Origin: a bacterium
GTDB taxonomy: Bacteria > Patescibacteriota > Minisyncoccia > Phycocordibacterales > UBA2100
Assembly: GCA_009924895.1 (NCBI GenBank)
Contig: RFQR01000003.1
Coordinates: 1,066 to 65,065, forward strand
Direction of reading: 5' to 3'
DNA length: 64,000 nt
Under the pieces are notes generated by a model. That model worked only from the letters and a program-made list of their open reading frames with translations, was not told the origin of the DNA and did not search any database. The translations under genes and the position numbers were made by a program. Of this stretch, positions 1 to 8,561 are shown one piece after another; the first letter of the stretch is position 1, and the number at the start of each line of letters is the position of its first letter.

Positions 1-1
1 C

Positions 2-256
2 GTCAAAGAAGCACTCAAACCTGCTCAAATCATGTCGGTCGAGCTCTACCCGAATGAAAATCGCGCGGTCGCAACCGTTGCCGACGATCAACAGTCCCTT
101 GCAATTGGTCGTGGCGGACAAAATGTGCGTCTCGCGGCACGTCTTACGGGATGGAAAATCGACATTAAAAGTGTTGGTGGCAGTACGCTCGAAGAAGGAG
201 TAAAGACCCCCGAGTCAACTCCAGCTGAAACAGAAAGCCATGCAGAAGCAGCGTAA
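2..256 (+). CDS. nusA: Transcription factor NusA, C-terminal part (5' truncated by window edge)
   Basis: KH2 signature QSLAIGRGGQNVRLAARLTGWKIDIK; frame open to window start. Confidence 0.93.
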   Translation, partial: VKEALKPAQIMSVELYPNENRAVATVADDQQSLAIGRGGQNVRLAARLTGWKIDIKSVGGSTLEEGVKTPESTPAETESHAEAA

Positions 257-264
257 AACAGCAG

Positions 265-298
265 TGAAAGCCGGTGGCGCTACGCGCCACCGGCTTTT
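265..298 (+). terminator. Intrinsic terminator after nusA
   Basis: AAAGCCGGTGGCGC-TAC-GCGCCACCGGCTTTT perfect GC hairpin plus T tail. Confidence 0.8.
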
Positions 299-303
299 GC
301 ATG

Positions 304-723
304 TTATTCTCTCCACAATTCCCACAGCACGGTATAGACACTCCCACTTCTCGGGCAACACTGTTTGCAGCTATAAAAGTGCGGCTCATCGTTGACATGC
401 GCACCTGGCCGCGCCCTATGAGTAGCCAGAAACTGCTCGCGCGATTCTTTTGGCCCTGGACCCGGCGAGGATTCAATTACCTCAGCGCACTGATGGCAGA
501 ATGGCTGCGGGAATTCACCGTCTTCCCTAAGCGAACATTTCACACAGCAGCGTTGACGGAGTACTCGCGCGCCGCCACGCCACATGTTTGGGAGCAGCTG
601 TTGTGAGATTGGTTTCCATGAGTGTCACGAACACGGCTGTGCATCGGTGACACCGTGGTCGAGCTCGGTGATATGAGGCGGTGCATAGCCAGAAATAATG
701 GAACGAACTCCTACGAAGGCCAT
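304..723 (-). pseudogene. Cys-rich (zinc-finger-like) small protein interrupted by one in-frame TGA
   Basis: ATG at 723 is in frame with ORF 585..304 across TGA at 625-627; motifs CS*HSW, CCVKC, CHQC, CKQCC. Confidence 0.35.
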
Positions 724-834
724 AGCGAGACTTCCTTCTGTTGTAACCGCTCAGCACCATACTGTAAAATGCAAAAACGTGCAAAAAGAAATGACTCTGC
801 TACACTTTTGTCACTATTCACTTAGCACATCAAC

Positions 835-1419
835 ATGGCAAATATTGATCACAAACCTTCAAAATACATGCTCAACTTACTGCATGTCTTGCCTGCATAT
901 GCAGATGAAAAAGAGCGCATAGTACACGGTCTCGTTGAAATCAACGCGAATTCAATCAATAAATATGAGCTCATCACTGAGTCAGGACAACTCAAGCTCG
1001 ACCGTGTCGGCTACTCATCCCTTGCCTACCCTGTCGCCTACGGCCTTATCCCGCAGACATGGGACCAGGACAACGATATGCTCGACTTTTTGATCGCAAA
1101 TGTGACCGAGCCCCTGGTCCCCGGTTCGCTTGCCGAAGTGCGCGTTATTGGTGTCATGAAATTTGAAGACGGTGGCGAACGCGACGACAAAATCATCACG
1201 GTCTTGAATGACGACAAGCGTATGGATCACATCGATTCGTATACTGACTTGGGCGAGCACTGGCAGAAAGAAGTTGCACACTATTTTGAGCATTACAAAG
1301 ACCTCAAAAAACCGGGGACCTGCAAGGTGCTCGGATTCTTTGACGTACAAGAGGCTCATACAATTATTGCAGAATGCCGGGAACGGTACGAAAAAGAGTA
1401 CAAACCGAAACTCGCGTAA
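835..1419 (+). CDS. ppa: Inorganic pyrophosphatase (family I)
   Basis: NKYE, YPVAYGLIPQT, DQDNDMLD (DxDxxD) and DDKII motifs. Confidence 0.92.
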   Translation: MANIDHKPSKYMLNLLHVLPAYADEKERIVHGLVEINANSINKYELITESGQLKLDRVGYSSLAYPVAYGLIPQTWDQDNDMLDFLIANVTEPLVPGSLAEVRVIGVMKFEDGGERDDKIITVLNDDKRMDHIDSYTDLGEHWQKEVAHYFEHYKDLKKPGTCKVLGFFDVQEAHTIIAECRERYEKEYKPKLA

Positions 1420-1426
1420 AAAGACA

Positions 1427-1451
1427 GGGCCCCGAGATAATCGGGGCCCTC
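1427..1451. terminator. Hairpin between convergent ppa and ctrA-like gene
   Basis: AGGGCCCCGA-GATAA-TCGGGGCCCT. Confidence 0.7.
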
Positions 1452-1453
1452 AT

Positions 1454-1825
1454 TTATACGTTCTCTGAATGAGAGATCGTGTAGCCACGACCCCACACCG
1501 TCTCGATGGGATGCCATCCAGCACACGCTTCTTTGATTTTCTTGCGCAATTTGCAGATAAAGACATCCACAACTTTCAGCTCAGGCTTATCACCACCCCT
1601 ATAGAGGTGGTCCAACATCATATCCTTAGTTACCGTGGTACCCACTCGAAGCACGAGAAGCGTCAGCAGTTCGAACTCTTTGCGAGTCAAGTGCACGTTG
1701 ACACCTTTTACGGTAACTCGATGCGCTAGAATCGATATCACAAGATCCCCCACCCGCAGTTCAGCTGGCTCTATGCGCTGATCAGCTGAAACTACAGTTT
1801 GATTACCAAGATTTGAATCACTCAT
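1454..1825 (-). CDS. CtrA-like OmpR/PhoB winged-helix DNA-binding domain protein without receiver domain (123 aa)
   Basis: HLTRKEFELLTLLVLRVGTTVTKDMMLDHLYRGGDKPELKVVDVFICKLRKKI...IETVWGRGY matches the CtrA C-terminal domain (PELKIIDVFICKLRKKL...IETVWGRGY); AGGAGG SD precedes ATG 1825. Confidence 0.85.
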   Translation of the reverse strand: MSDSNLGNQTVVSADQRIEPAELRVGDLVISILAHRVTVKGVNVHLTRKEFELLTLLVLRVGTTVTKDMMLDHLYRGGDKPELKVVDVFICKLRKKIKEACAGWHPIETVWGRGYTISHSENV

Positions 1826-1827
1826 GC

Positions 1828-2109
1828 TCAACCTCCTGACCGATAATCTTGAATCTTGGAAGCACGCAGTCCCGGGAGCCCATGTCGATCGATGGCGCGT
1901 TGCCACGAAAGAAACTCTTCAGTAGTGAGCTTGTAGCGCTCGCACGCTTCATCAAGGGTCAAAAGCCCCCCTCTCACCGCCGCAACGACTTCTGCTTTTC
2001 TTCGGGTTACCCACCGCTTCGTGTTGCCGGGGGGAAGATCAGCAAGCGTGAGCGGGGCCCCATTCGGTCCAATCACATAACGACTTGCATGCTTTTGCTG
2101 TTCTGTCAT
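1828..2109 (-). CDS. sciP: SciP-like CtrA inhibitor (DUF1153)
   Basis: YVIGPNGAPLTLADLPP..TKRWVTRRKAEVVAAVRGGLLTLDEACERYKLTTEEFLSWQRAIDRHGLPGLR follows alphaproteobacterial SciP along its whole length; AGGAGA SD upstream. Confidence 0.9.
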   Translation of the reverse strand: MTEQQKHASRYVIGPNGAPLTLADLPPGNTKRWVTRRKAEVVAAVRGGLLTLDEACERYKLTTEEFLSWQRAIDRHGLPGLRASKIQDYRSGG

Positions 2110-2232
2110 GACACTCTCCTCTCAAGATAGACTAGCGACACTATAGCCTCGCGTACGATGGTTTGCAACAAAGTGCAGTTGTACACATCTGCACCTAAAA
2201 AGAACTTTTTCAATCGGTGCTACGCTTATCAT

Positions 2233-2412
2233 ATGGACGAGCAGCTTCAAGAAACATCGGTTCAGAAAAAAAGTGGCTCTCTGGCTCCCATTGTCATCGT
2301 TGTCGGCCTTCTCATCATCGGCGGGATTTATTTTGCGACCGTCCGCCTCAAGCAGTCTCCTGCGCCAGTGCCCTATATACCAAGCGACTCTCCAGAAAAA
2401 ATCTCCGGGTAA
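2233..2412 (+). CDS. Small single-TM hypothetical protein (59 aa)
   Basis: Hydrophobic span LAPIVIVVGLLIIGGIYFA; extended -10-like TGCTACGCT just upstream. Confidence 0.6.
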   Translation: MDEQLQETSVQKKSGSLAPIVIVVGLLIIGGIYFATVRLKQSPAPVPYIPSDSPEKISG

Positions 2413-2456
2413 AGCGCGAGTAGCGTCGCGCTACATTTTGCAGTACACTCGCCAGC

Positions 2457-3524
2457 ATGCAATCACAGAATATAAAGATACATCGTGATGAAACGTTGTG
2501 GGAAGTAGAAGTGCAAGCGGACATTCCTGCTGACGTACTCACCTCATACCGGTCTCACGCGCTCAAAGAAATTACCCGCACTGCAAAGGTAGACGGGTTT
2601 CGCGAAGGAAAAGCGCCCGAGAATCTGATTCTACAACGCGTTGGAGAGACAGCTGTTCTTCGTGAAGCAGCTGAACTCGCAGTAAAACACGAATTGCCCG
2701 AGATTCTCGCGCAGGAAAAGTTACCGATTGTGGACACGCCACGCGTTACCACTTCACAACCCGAAACAGGAAAAGATTTGCACATCACCGCTCGTGCTCC
2801 CCTCGCTCCCGAAATCACCCTTCCTGACTACAAGAAAATTGCAGCAAACGTAAACGGTGACAAGAGAGAAGAGTCCGTAAGTGACAAAGAGCATTCTGAA
2901 ACACTGCTTCATTTCCGCCGCGAACGAGTTCGCATCGAGCACGTTGAGTCAGGTCTCACCCCGGAAGAAGCAGCACAGAAAGCAAAAGACGTTCCCGAAC
3001 AAGAACTCCCAATTCTTGATGACACTTTCGTAAAGCCATTCGGATATGAAAATATCGGCGCGTTTGAAAGTGCAGTGCGCGAAAATCTCTTGAAGGAAAA
3101 AGAATTGCGCGCGCAACAAGAACGCCGTGCCAAAATTCTTGATGAGATATCGAAGAAAGCAACGGTTAAGTATCCGATTGCACTGAAAGAGTACGAACTC
3201 GATGATATGGAAGCGCGTCTTTCTGCTGACCTGGAGAGTATGGGTGCAACATTTGAAAAATACCTTGCAGACACAAAAAAGACGCGTGAAGTGGTACGAA
3301 AAGAATGGGAGAGTGCAGCTGACAGCCGAGCAAAGACGCGCCTCATTCTCGCTGAAATTGCTCGTATCGAAACGCTCGAGCCCGATGTGCATGCAATCGA
3401 TCACGAACTCAAGCATGCACAAAAACACTACCCGAAAGCAAATCCAGAAGTCTTACGCGCCAACATCTTCCACTCGCTTCGCAATGAAAAAGTGATTGAA
3501 TTTTTGGAGGGGCAACAGTCATAA
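2457..3524 (+). CDS. tig: Trigger factor lacking the central FKBP PPIase domain
   Basis: Ribosome-binding loop VDGFREGKAP; N domain joins C domain (LDDTFVK) directly. Confidence 0.88.
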   Translation: MQSQNIKIHRDETLWEVEVQADIPADVLTSYRSHALKEITRTAKVDGFREGKAPENLILQRVGETAVLREAAELAVKHELPEILAQEKLPIVDTPRVTTSQPETGKDLHITARAPLAPEITLPDYKKIAANVNGDKREESVSDKEHSETLLHFRRERVRIEHVESGLTPEEAAQKAKDVPEQELPILDDTFVKPFGYENIGAFESAVRENLLKEKELRAQQERRAKILDEISKKATVKYPIALKEYELDDMEARLSADLESMGATFEKYLADTKKTREVVRKEWESAADSRAKTRLILAEIARIETLEPDVHAIDHELKHAQKHYPKANPEVLRANIFHSLRNEKVIEFLEGQQS

Positions 3525-3716
3525 TGAACTATGAGTCAGCACCCTGAAATGACGTTTGAGGAAGCGGAAGAATCAATGCTCTGCGAACAAGTGCATTTCG
3601 AGAGAAGGTGAAAAAAGAATCAGACAAACACTGAATGTCATCAGAAAAACTGCTGAGGGCGAAGCTTCAGTGGAGACACATCATGTATTTCGCAACTATG
3701 TGAGCGGGTTTGAAAA

Positions 3717-4343
3717 CTAATCCACCAGAGCATGTGCCTCTTTTGAGAGAGCGCTTTTTACTTCATCCCAACTTACTTTCTGCAGCATGATTGGATCTGG
3801 TTCAACATCAGCGTCAACAAAGTACGAGATGCTTTTAAGTATGTGGAGTGTATTGTAATTTTTCCCGGCAAACTTTTGTTCAAAAAAATGTATCATTTGT
3901 TCAAGTGAGTACGTTTTCAGTAGCTCATTCATGTCAAAAAAGTCTTTTTTTGCTCCGCGTCCGGCAATCGCTGACAGTTTCATTGCTGCAACGTCCCTCT
4001 CGTCGGCCAGCGACACGCCGTCCCACTCTTTTGTAGGAAAGAGTAACGGGTATGGAAAAGATATGAAGCTCACTTTCACGTCATTAAGGCTTGCATTGAT
4101 TGTTTTCTGTTCTTCTTGAGTCACGGTAAGCGTGCCCAACTTCTCAAGTTGTTCGGTAATGCGCTCTGGCAACACATCATTGTGTATAAAAAAGTCCAAG
4201 TCAACCGAACGACGATGTCCTCTTTGAAGCGCTAGTGCCGTTCCACCCGCAAGATAGAAACCGGTGTTTGGAGTAACCGCACTGCTTTGTGCTAAAAGCT
4301 TAAAAACAGCCTCAGTATGTGGTTCAAAAATCTCTCTATGCAT
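3717..4343 (-). CDS. AbiEii/AbiGii-family nucleotidyltransferase toxin
   Basis: FYLAGGTALALQRGHRRSVDLDFF, AAMKLSAIAGRGAKKDFFD. Confidence 0.88.
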   Translation of the reverse strand: MHREIFEPHTEAVFKLLAQSSAVTPNTGFYLAGGTALALQRGHRRSVDLDFFIHNDVLPERITEQLEKLGTLTVTQEEQKTINASLNDVKVSFISFPYPLLFPTKEWDGVSLADERDVAAMKLSAIAGRGAKKDFFDMNELLKTYSLEQMIHFFEQKFAGKNYNTLHILKSISYFVDADVEPDPIMLQKVSWDEVKSALSKEAHALVD

Positions 4344-4569
4344 GCGCAAAATGTGCTGTCCAAAATGCCCTGCTTCGCGAATCTAAATCACGCGCCGTTT
4401 GAGCAACATCCCTCACTTTCTCAACACCGTATTGCCCGACAACCCATTTCACGTCTTCTAGGTCGCCAAACATGAGCACTCTGCGAATAATAAAATCCGC
4501 ATGCGCTTCAGTACCAAGAGTCGCCCGGTCTACATCCCAAAAAAGTGACACTTTCTCGAGGGTTTTCAT
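4336..4569 (-). CDS. DUF6922-like partner (putative antitoxin) of AbiEii toxin
   Basis: SLFWDVD...FIIRRVLMFG...YG...FW pattern; overlaps toxin start by 8 nt. Confidence 0.75.
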   Translation of the reverse strand: MKTLEKVSLFWDVDRATLGTEAHADFIIRRVLMFGDLEDVKWVVGQYGVEKVRDVAQTARDLDSRSRAFWTAHFAHA

Positions 4570-4898
4570 GTTTGTATTATACCACAAAAAAAGAAAACCG
4601 CGCCGAGTCCATTTTTTGCATAGTCGACGGAGTTAGATAGTCAGGATCACCCGTTTCAGCCCAGGCCTCCATTAAGTCATCGTCAGAGAAGCCATTACGC
4701 TTCGCGCGTGCCTTCGCATCAAGCTCAGAAAATGTTTGCATCTTGCCTCCTTTGGACAAAAAACTATCCATTCAAAAAGTATAGCAGCCAAAAAATGCGT
4801 GTGGTACGATGCACGCATACTTGCCCCGTAAAAAAGACTGGATAGTCTCGGTGGCAAATTGGTGTCCTAACGTTTATAAGTACAACTATCAAAACTAT

Positions 4899-5519
4899 AT
4901 GAAATCATTTTCTACTGGGGTGGAACACAAACAAACCCGTTCAAGCATGCTCGTCCCTATGGTAGTCGAGAAAACCTCTATGGGTGAACGCGCCTATGAC
5001 ATTTACTCACGCCTTCTCAAGGAGCGTATCGTCTTTCTCGGCGGACCAATCGACAGTGATGTCGCAAACCTCGTGGTCGCGCAACTCCTCTTCCTTGCCT
5101 CTGAGGACCCTAAAAAGGATATTTCTTTCTACATTAACTCCCCTGGCGGTCATGTTTCAGCGGGTCTCGCCATCCTCGACACCATGAATCATATCCAGCC
5201 AGACGTATCGACCGTCTGCGTGGGTATGGCAGCTTCCATGGGTGCCGTTCTCCTCTCAGCAGGCAAAAAGGGTAAGCGCTTCGTGCTTCCAAACGCTGAA
5301 GTCATGATTCACCAGCCTTCAGGTGGCGCAGAAGGCCAGGCAACTGACATCGAAATTACCGCAAAGCATATCATCGCGACGCGCGAACGCCTTAACAAGA
5401 TTTTGGTAAAAAATACTGGTCAAAAGCTCGAAAAGATAGAAAACGATGTGGATCGCGACTTCTTTATGACCGCAGATGAAGCAGTCAAATACGGTATCGT
5501 CGACAAGGTGATGGAATAG
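4899..5519 (+). CDS. clpP: ATP-dependent Clp protease proteolytic subunit
   Basis: [37 protein letters not shown]; start could also be 4947. Confidence 0.96.
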   Translation: MKSFSTGVEHKQTRSSMLVPMVVEKTSMGERAYDIYSRLLKERIVFLGGPIDSDVANLVVAQLLFLASEDPKKDISFYINSPGGHVSAGLAILDTMNHIQPDVSTVCVGMAASMGAVLLSAGKKGKRFVLPNAEVMIHQPSGGAEGQATDIEITAKHIIATRERLNKILVKNTGQKLEKIENDVDRDFFMTADEAVKYGIVDKVME

Positions 5520-5632
5520 GAATGAGGTACAAGGGTTTGGGTAACCGGCTCGTGTTTTGAGTTTTCCGAGGACTAATCTCGAGTGGCTATTCTCTATCAT
5601 TGTGTTACACTGAGTGTACACCTTACTAAAAA

Positions 5633-5742
5633 CTGTGCACACCTCGAAGCATGCAAACGAAAACTCCGAAAGTCAAAAATGTGTTGAAAGATAACGCTTT
5701 TTTGGCGTAAGCAGATTCCGTCATGCGTCGGGTTTTGCACCC
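5633..5742 (+). ncRNA. Candidate 6S-like RNA or structured rny leader
   Basis: Closing stem GTGCA-C-ACC-TCGA-A-GCATG / CATGC-G-TCG-GGT-TT-TGCAC, large internal bubble, apical stem GTCAAAAA...TTTTTGGC; -10-like TACACT at about 5606. Confidence 0.35.
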
Positions 5743-5750
5743 AATGACGT

Positions 5751-7283
5751 ATGTTTTCATTACAATTTACTGTCCTCCTTCTTGCAGTTGCAGGTCTGGT
5801 AGGCATCGGCATAGGATATTTCCTGCGCCTCATTATTAGTCTCGGAAAAAAAGGCTCGATGGAGCTCGAAATCAAGCAAATGATGCTTGATGCTGAAACT
5901 CGTGCTAAGAAAATTACTGACGAAGCAGAAGCACGCGCAGAAGAAAAGAGCGCCCAAATTGCTGCAGAACACAAAGAACGCGAGAAAGAACTCAAAGCAG
6001 TAGAGGAGCGCCTCGTGAAGAAAGAATCGTTGCTTGATCAGCGCCAGAGCCATCTCGACGGAGAAAGTGAGCAGATAAAACAGAAAACTGCAGAAGTCGA
6101 GCACCTCAAGCAGAAGCATGAAGAAATTGTGAAAACAGAGCAGGCAAAACTTGAGCAGGTCGCAGGTCTTTCAAAAGAAGACGCAAAAACTCAGCTCATA
6201 GCTTCGATAGAAAAGCAGTACGAAGCTGACTTTGAGTCACGTATGCGCAAACTTGAGACTTCGGCAGACGAAAAGCTCGAGAAGCGTGCAAAGGAAATTC
6301 TTACCGTGACAGCGCATCGCCTCGGCACGTCAGCGGTCTCAGATATCCTTGCAACTACTATCACCATTCCAAACGAGGAATTGAAGGGTAAAATAATCGG
6401 TAAGGAGGGTCGCAATATCCGCGCCTTTGAACGCGCTACCGGTGTCGACGTTATCGTCGATGATACTCCGGGTACAATCACCCTTTCATGTTTCGACCCT
6501 ATCCGCAGGCACATTGCTCGTGTTGCCCTTGAAAACCTCATTCTCGATGGTCGTATCCAGCCAAGCCGTATTGAAGAGATGGTAAAAAAAGCTGAGGAAG
6601 AAATAAACAACATTATTCGAAAGAAAGGTACCGAGGCAGCCTACCAGGCCCGTGTCTCAAACCTCGATCCGAAACTTCTCATGATTTTGGGTCGCCTCTT
6701 CTTCCGCACGAGTTACGGTCAAAACGTACTCGACCACTCAATCGAGGTTGCTCACCTTGCGGGTATGCTCGCAGAAGAATTGGGCGCCGATCCTGCTATT
6801 GCCCGCGCTGGCGCACTCTTCCATGACATCGGCAAGGCAGTTGACCACGACGTCCCGGGCACTCATGTTGAAATCGGTCGACGCATCTTGCAGAAGTTTA
6901 ACGTTGACAATCGTGTCATCCTTGCAATGCAGGCGCACCACGAGGAGTATCCGTACGAGACCCCTGAGTCGATGATTGTACAGCTTGCCGACGCCATCTC
7001 AGGTTCTCGTCCTGGCGCTCGCCGCGATAATGTCGAGGAGTACATCAAGCGCTTGGAGGACCTCGAAGCAATCGCAAATGCTCAACAGGGTGTTGAGAAA
7101 AGCTATGCAATTTCTGCTGGTCGTGAAGTGCGTGTTATCGTTAAACCTGAGGAAGTGAATGATGCGGATGCCCGCAAAATCGCTCGAGAGATTGCAGACC
7201 GAATCGAAAAGGATATGCAATATCCTGGTGAAATTAAGGTTTCGGTCATGCGAGAGACGCGTGTGATTGAGTACGCACGATAA
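5751..7283 (+). CDS. rny: Ribonuclease Y
   Basis: N-terminal TM, coiled coil, KH (KGKIIGKEGRNIR), HD (HDIGK), C-terminal YPGEIKVSVMRETR. Confidence 0.97.
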   Translation: MFSLQFTVLLLAVAGLVGIGIGYFLRLIISLGKKGSMELEIKQMMLDAETRAKKITDEAEARAEEKSAQIAAEHKEREKELKAVEERLVKKESLLDQRQSHLDGESEQIKQKTAEVEHLKQKHEEIVKTEQAKLEQVAGLSKEDAKTQLIASIEKQYEADFESRMRKLETSADEKLEKRAKEILTVTAHRLGTSAVSDILATTITIPNEELKGKIIGKEGRNIRAFERATGVDVIVDDTPGTITLSCFDPIRRHIARVALENLILDGRIQPSRIEEMVKKAEEEINNIIRKKGTEAAYQARVSNLDPKLLMILGRLFFRTSYGQNVLDHSIEVAHLAGMLAEELGADPAIARAGALFHDIGKAVDHDVPGTHVEIGRRILQKFNVDNRVILAMQAHHEEYPYETPESMIVQLADAISGSRPGARRDNVEEYIKRLEDLEAIANAQQGVEKSYAISAGREVRVIVKPEEVNDADARKIAREIADRIEKDMQYPGEIKVSVMRETRVIEYAR

Positions 7284-7294
7284 CGCGAGTCTAC

Positions 7295-7322
7295 AAAGAC
7301 CCCTCTTCGCGAGGGGGTTTTG
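7295..7322. terminator. Bidirectional terminator between rny and PDT-domain gene
   Basis: AAAGACCCCTC-TTCGC-GAGGGGGTTTT. Confidence 0.7.
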
Positions 7323-7889
7323 TTATGCATTTCGTTCCGCGGCAATAAACACCGTGTAGTTAAACTTCAAATCTTGAATTGATTCTTCGAGAATGTCGAG
7401 CTTATAGAGCTTTGCGGCACCCCGAGAGGCAATTGCAGCACACGAAGGAGGTAGTATTCCCGAGGCAATGTCTGCTGCAGCTTTTGCCGTGTCCTCGTAT
7501 GCTTCTACTTCAACATTGGGCCACATACGGCGTAAATACATGCGGCACTGCTTAATCGCCTGGTCATGTGAGACAATTTTTTTGATTTTATCAGCGGTAG
7601 TTCCCTTTTTGACTAATAGATTATGATGCACATCAATCTCAAACATCTTTTTAATATGGAAATTATGCTTCGACATGGCATGAACCGCCTCAAGCACAAT
7701 ACCGCCATTTGAGTTTTCTATTGGGAAAATACCAATGTCTATCAAACCCTTTTCAAGCTGCAAGAGCACATTTTCAGCATTCAGAAGGTACGCGATCTCA
7801 AACCTCTTAAATTTTCCATACTTTTTGGCATAGACGCGGCCCGCTTCCTCCGAAAAACTACCTTTTGCTCCCATGACACCGATTTTCAT
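7323..7889 (-). CDS. Stand-alone prephenate dehydratase catalytic domain (no ACT domain)
   Basis: GAKGSFSEEA, PIENSNGG, SHDQAIKQC, TAKAA, IQDLKFNYTVF. Confidence 0.8.
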   Translation of the reverse strand: MKIGVMGAKGSFSEEAGRVYAKKYGKFKRFEIAYLLNAENVLLQLEKGLIDIGIFPIENSNGGIVLEAVHAMSKHNFHIKKMFEIDVHHNLLVKKGTTADKIKKIVSHDQAIKQCRMYLRRMWPNVEVEAYEDTAKAAADIASGILPPSCAAIASRGAAKLYKLDILEESIQDLKFNYTVFIAAERNA

Positions 7890-7985
7890 AGCGCCATACT
7901 ATCGCGCATCGTGCAAGTCGGCAACCCATTGACAGCTCATTAAAACGGCTCAAAAATGGTGGTATAGCAGCCTATTTTTATAGCT

Positions 7986-8261
7986 ATGGCAAACAAAATG
8001 GATTTGGTTGAGAAAGTGGCACAGACCATTGGTTCAACAAAGGCAGATGCAGAGCGTGCGGTCGAAGCAATTATTGAATCAATAACGCAGACACTGAAGC
8101 ACGGCGAAGAGGTTTCTATCGCCGGTCTCGGTATCTTCGAAGCAAAAACTCGTGCTGGTCGCACTGGTCGTAACCCTCGCACCGGCGAAACGATTCAGAT
8201 CAAGGCAACCAAAGTGCCAAAATTCCGCGCTTCAAAGACTTTGAAAGATGCAATTAAGTAA
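7986..8261 (+). CDS. hup: DNA-binding protein HU
   Basis: GLGIFE, RTGRNPRTGETIQI, PKFRASKTLKDAI. Confidence 0.96.
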   Translation: MANKMDLVEKVAQTIGSTKADAERAVEAIIESITQTLKHGEEVSIAGLGIFEAKTRAGRTGRNPRTGETIQIKATKVPKFRASKTLKDAIK

Positions 8262-8281
8262 TCGGCTTGCTCACTCAACAC

Positions 8282-8309
8282 AAAAATCCCGGCAAAACCG
8301 GGATTTTTT
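8282..8309 (+). terminator. Intrinsic terminator after hup
   Basis: AAAAATCCCGG-CAAAA-CCGGGATTTTTT. Confidence 0.75.
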
Positions 8310-8310
8310 G

Positions 8311-8485
8311 TTTAGTGCGGGATGGGAGAATCGTTCAAGCGCTCGAAAAATTTTCGTCAAAACTATTCTCCGCTCGACCCTGAAACTGACGCTCCATTTG
8401 GTAATGGAGCCTCCGCCAGTTTCTTTCGCTTCCCCCATCCTGCAAAAACAGCACAAAACCGGAGCATGTCTCCGATTTTCGCAGT
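8311..8485 (-). mobile_element. tRNA-trailing structured element, copy 1 (tRNA-Gly TCC), ending in a 23-bp duplicate of the tRNA 3' end
   Basis: TTTAGTGCGGGATGGGAGAATCG at 8311-8333 and 8486-8508; core TCAGGGTCG-hairpin shared with other copies. Confidence 0.7.
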
Positions 8486-8490
8486 TTTAG

Positions 8491-8561
8491 TGCGGGATGG
8501 GAGAATCGAACTCCCGACTCAACATTGGAAGTGTCGCATTTTACCACTAAACTAATCCCGC
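8491..8561 (-). tRNA. tRNA-Gly (TCC), CCA not encoded
   Basis: GCGGGATTAGTTTAGTGGTAAAATGCGACACTTCCAATGTTGAGTCGGGAGTTCGATTCTCCCATCCCGCA cloverleaf. Confidence 0.95.

Noticed and set aside
1826-1906. N-terminal extension of the CtrA-like ORF given in the track (start 1906)
   Set aside because: It overlaps sciP out of frame. ATG 1825 with an AGGAGG SD is the credible start, and the extension does not resemble a receiver domain.
2457-3524. FKBP-less trigger factor (and short YebC at 57005-57535) as novelties
   Set aside because: These truncations are typical streamlining in Patescibacteria. They were used only as lineage clues.
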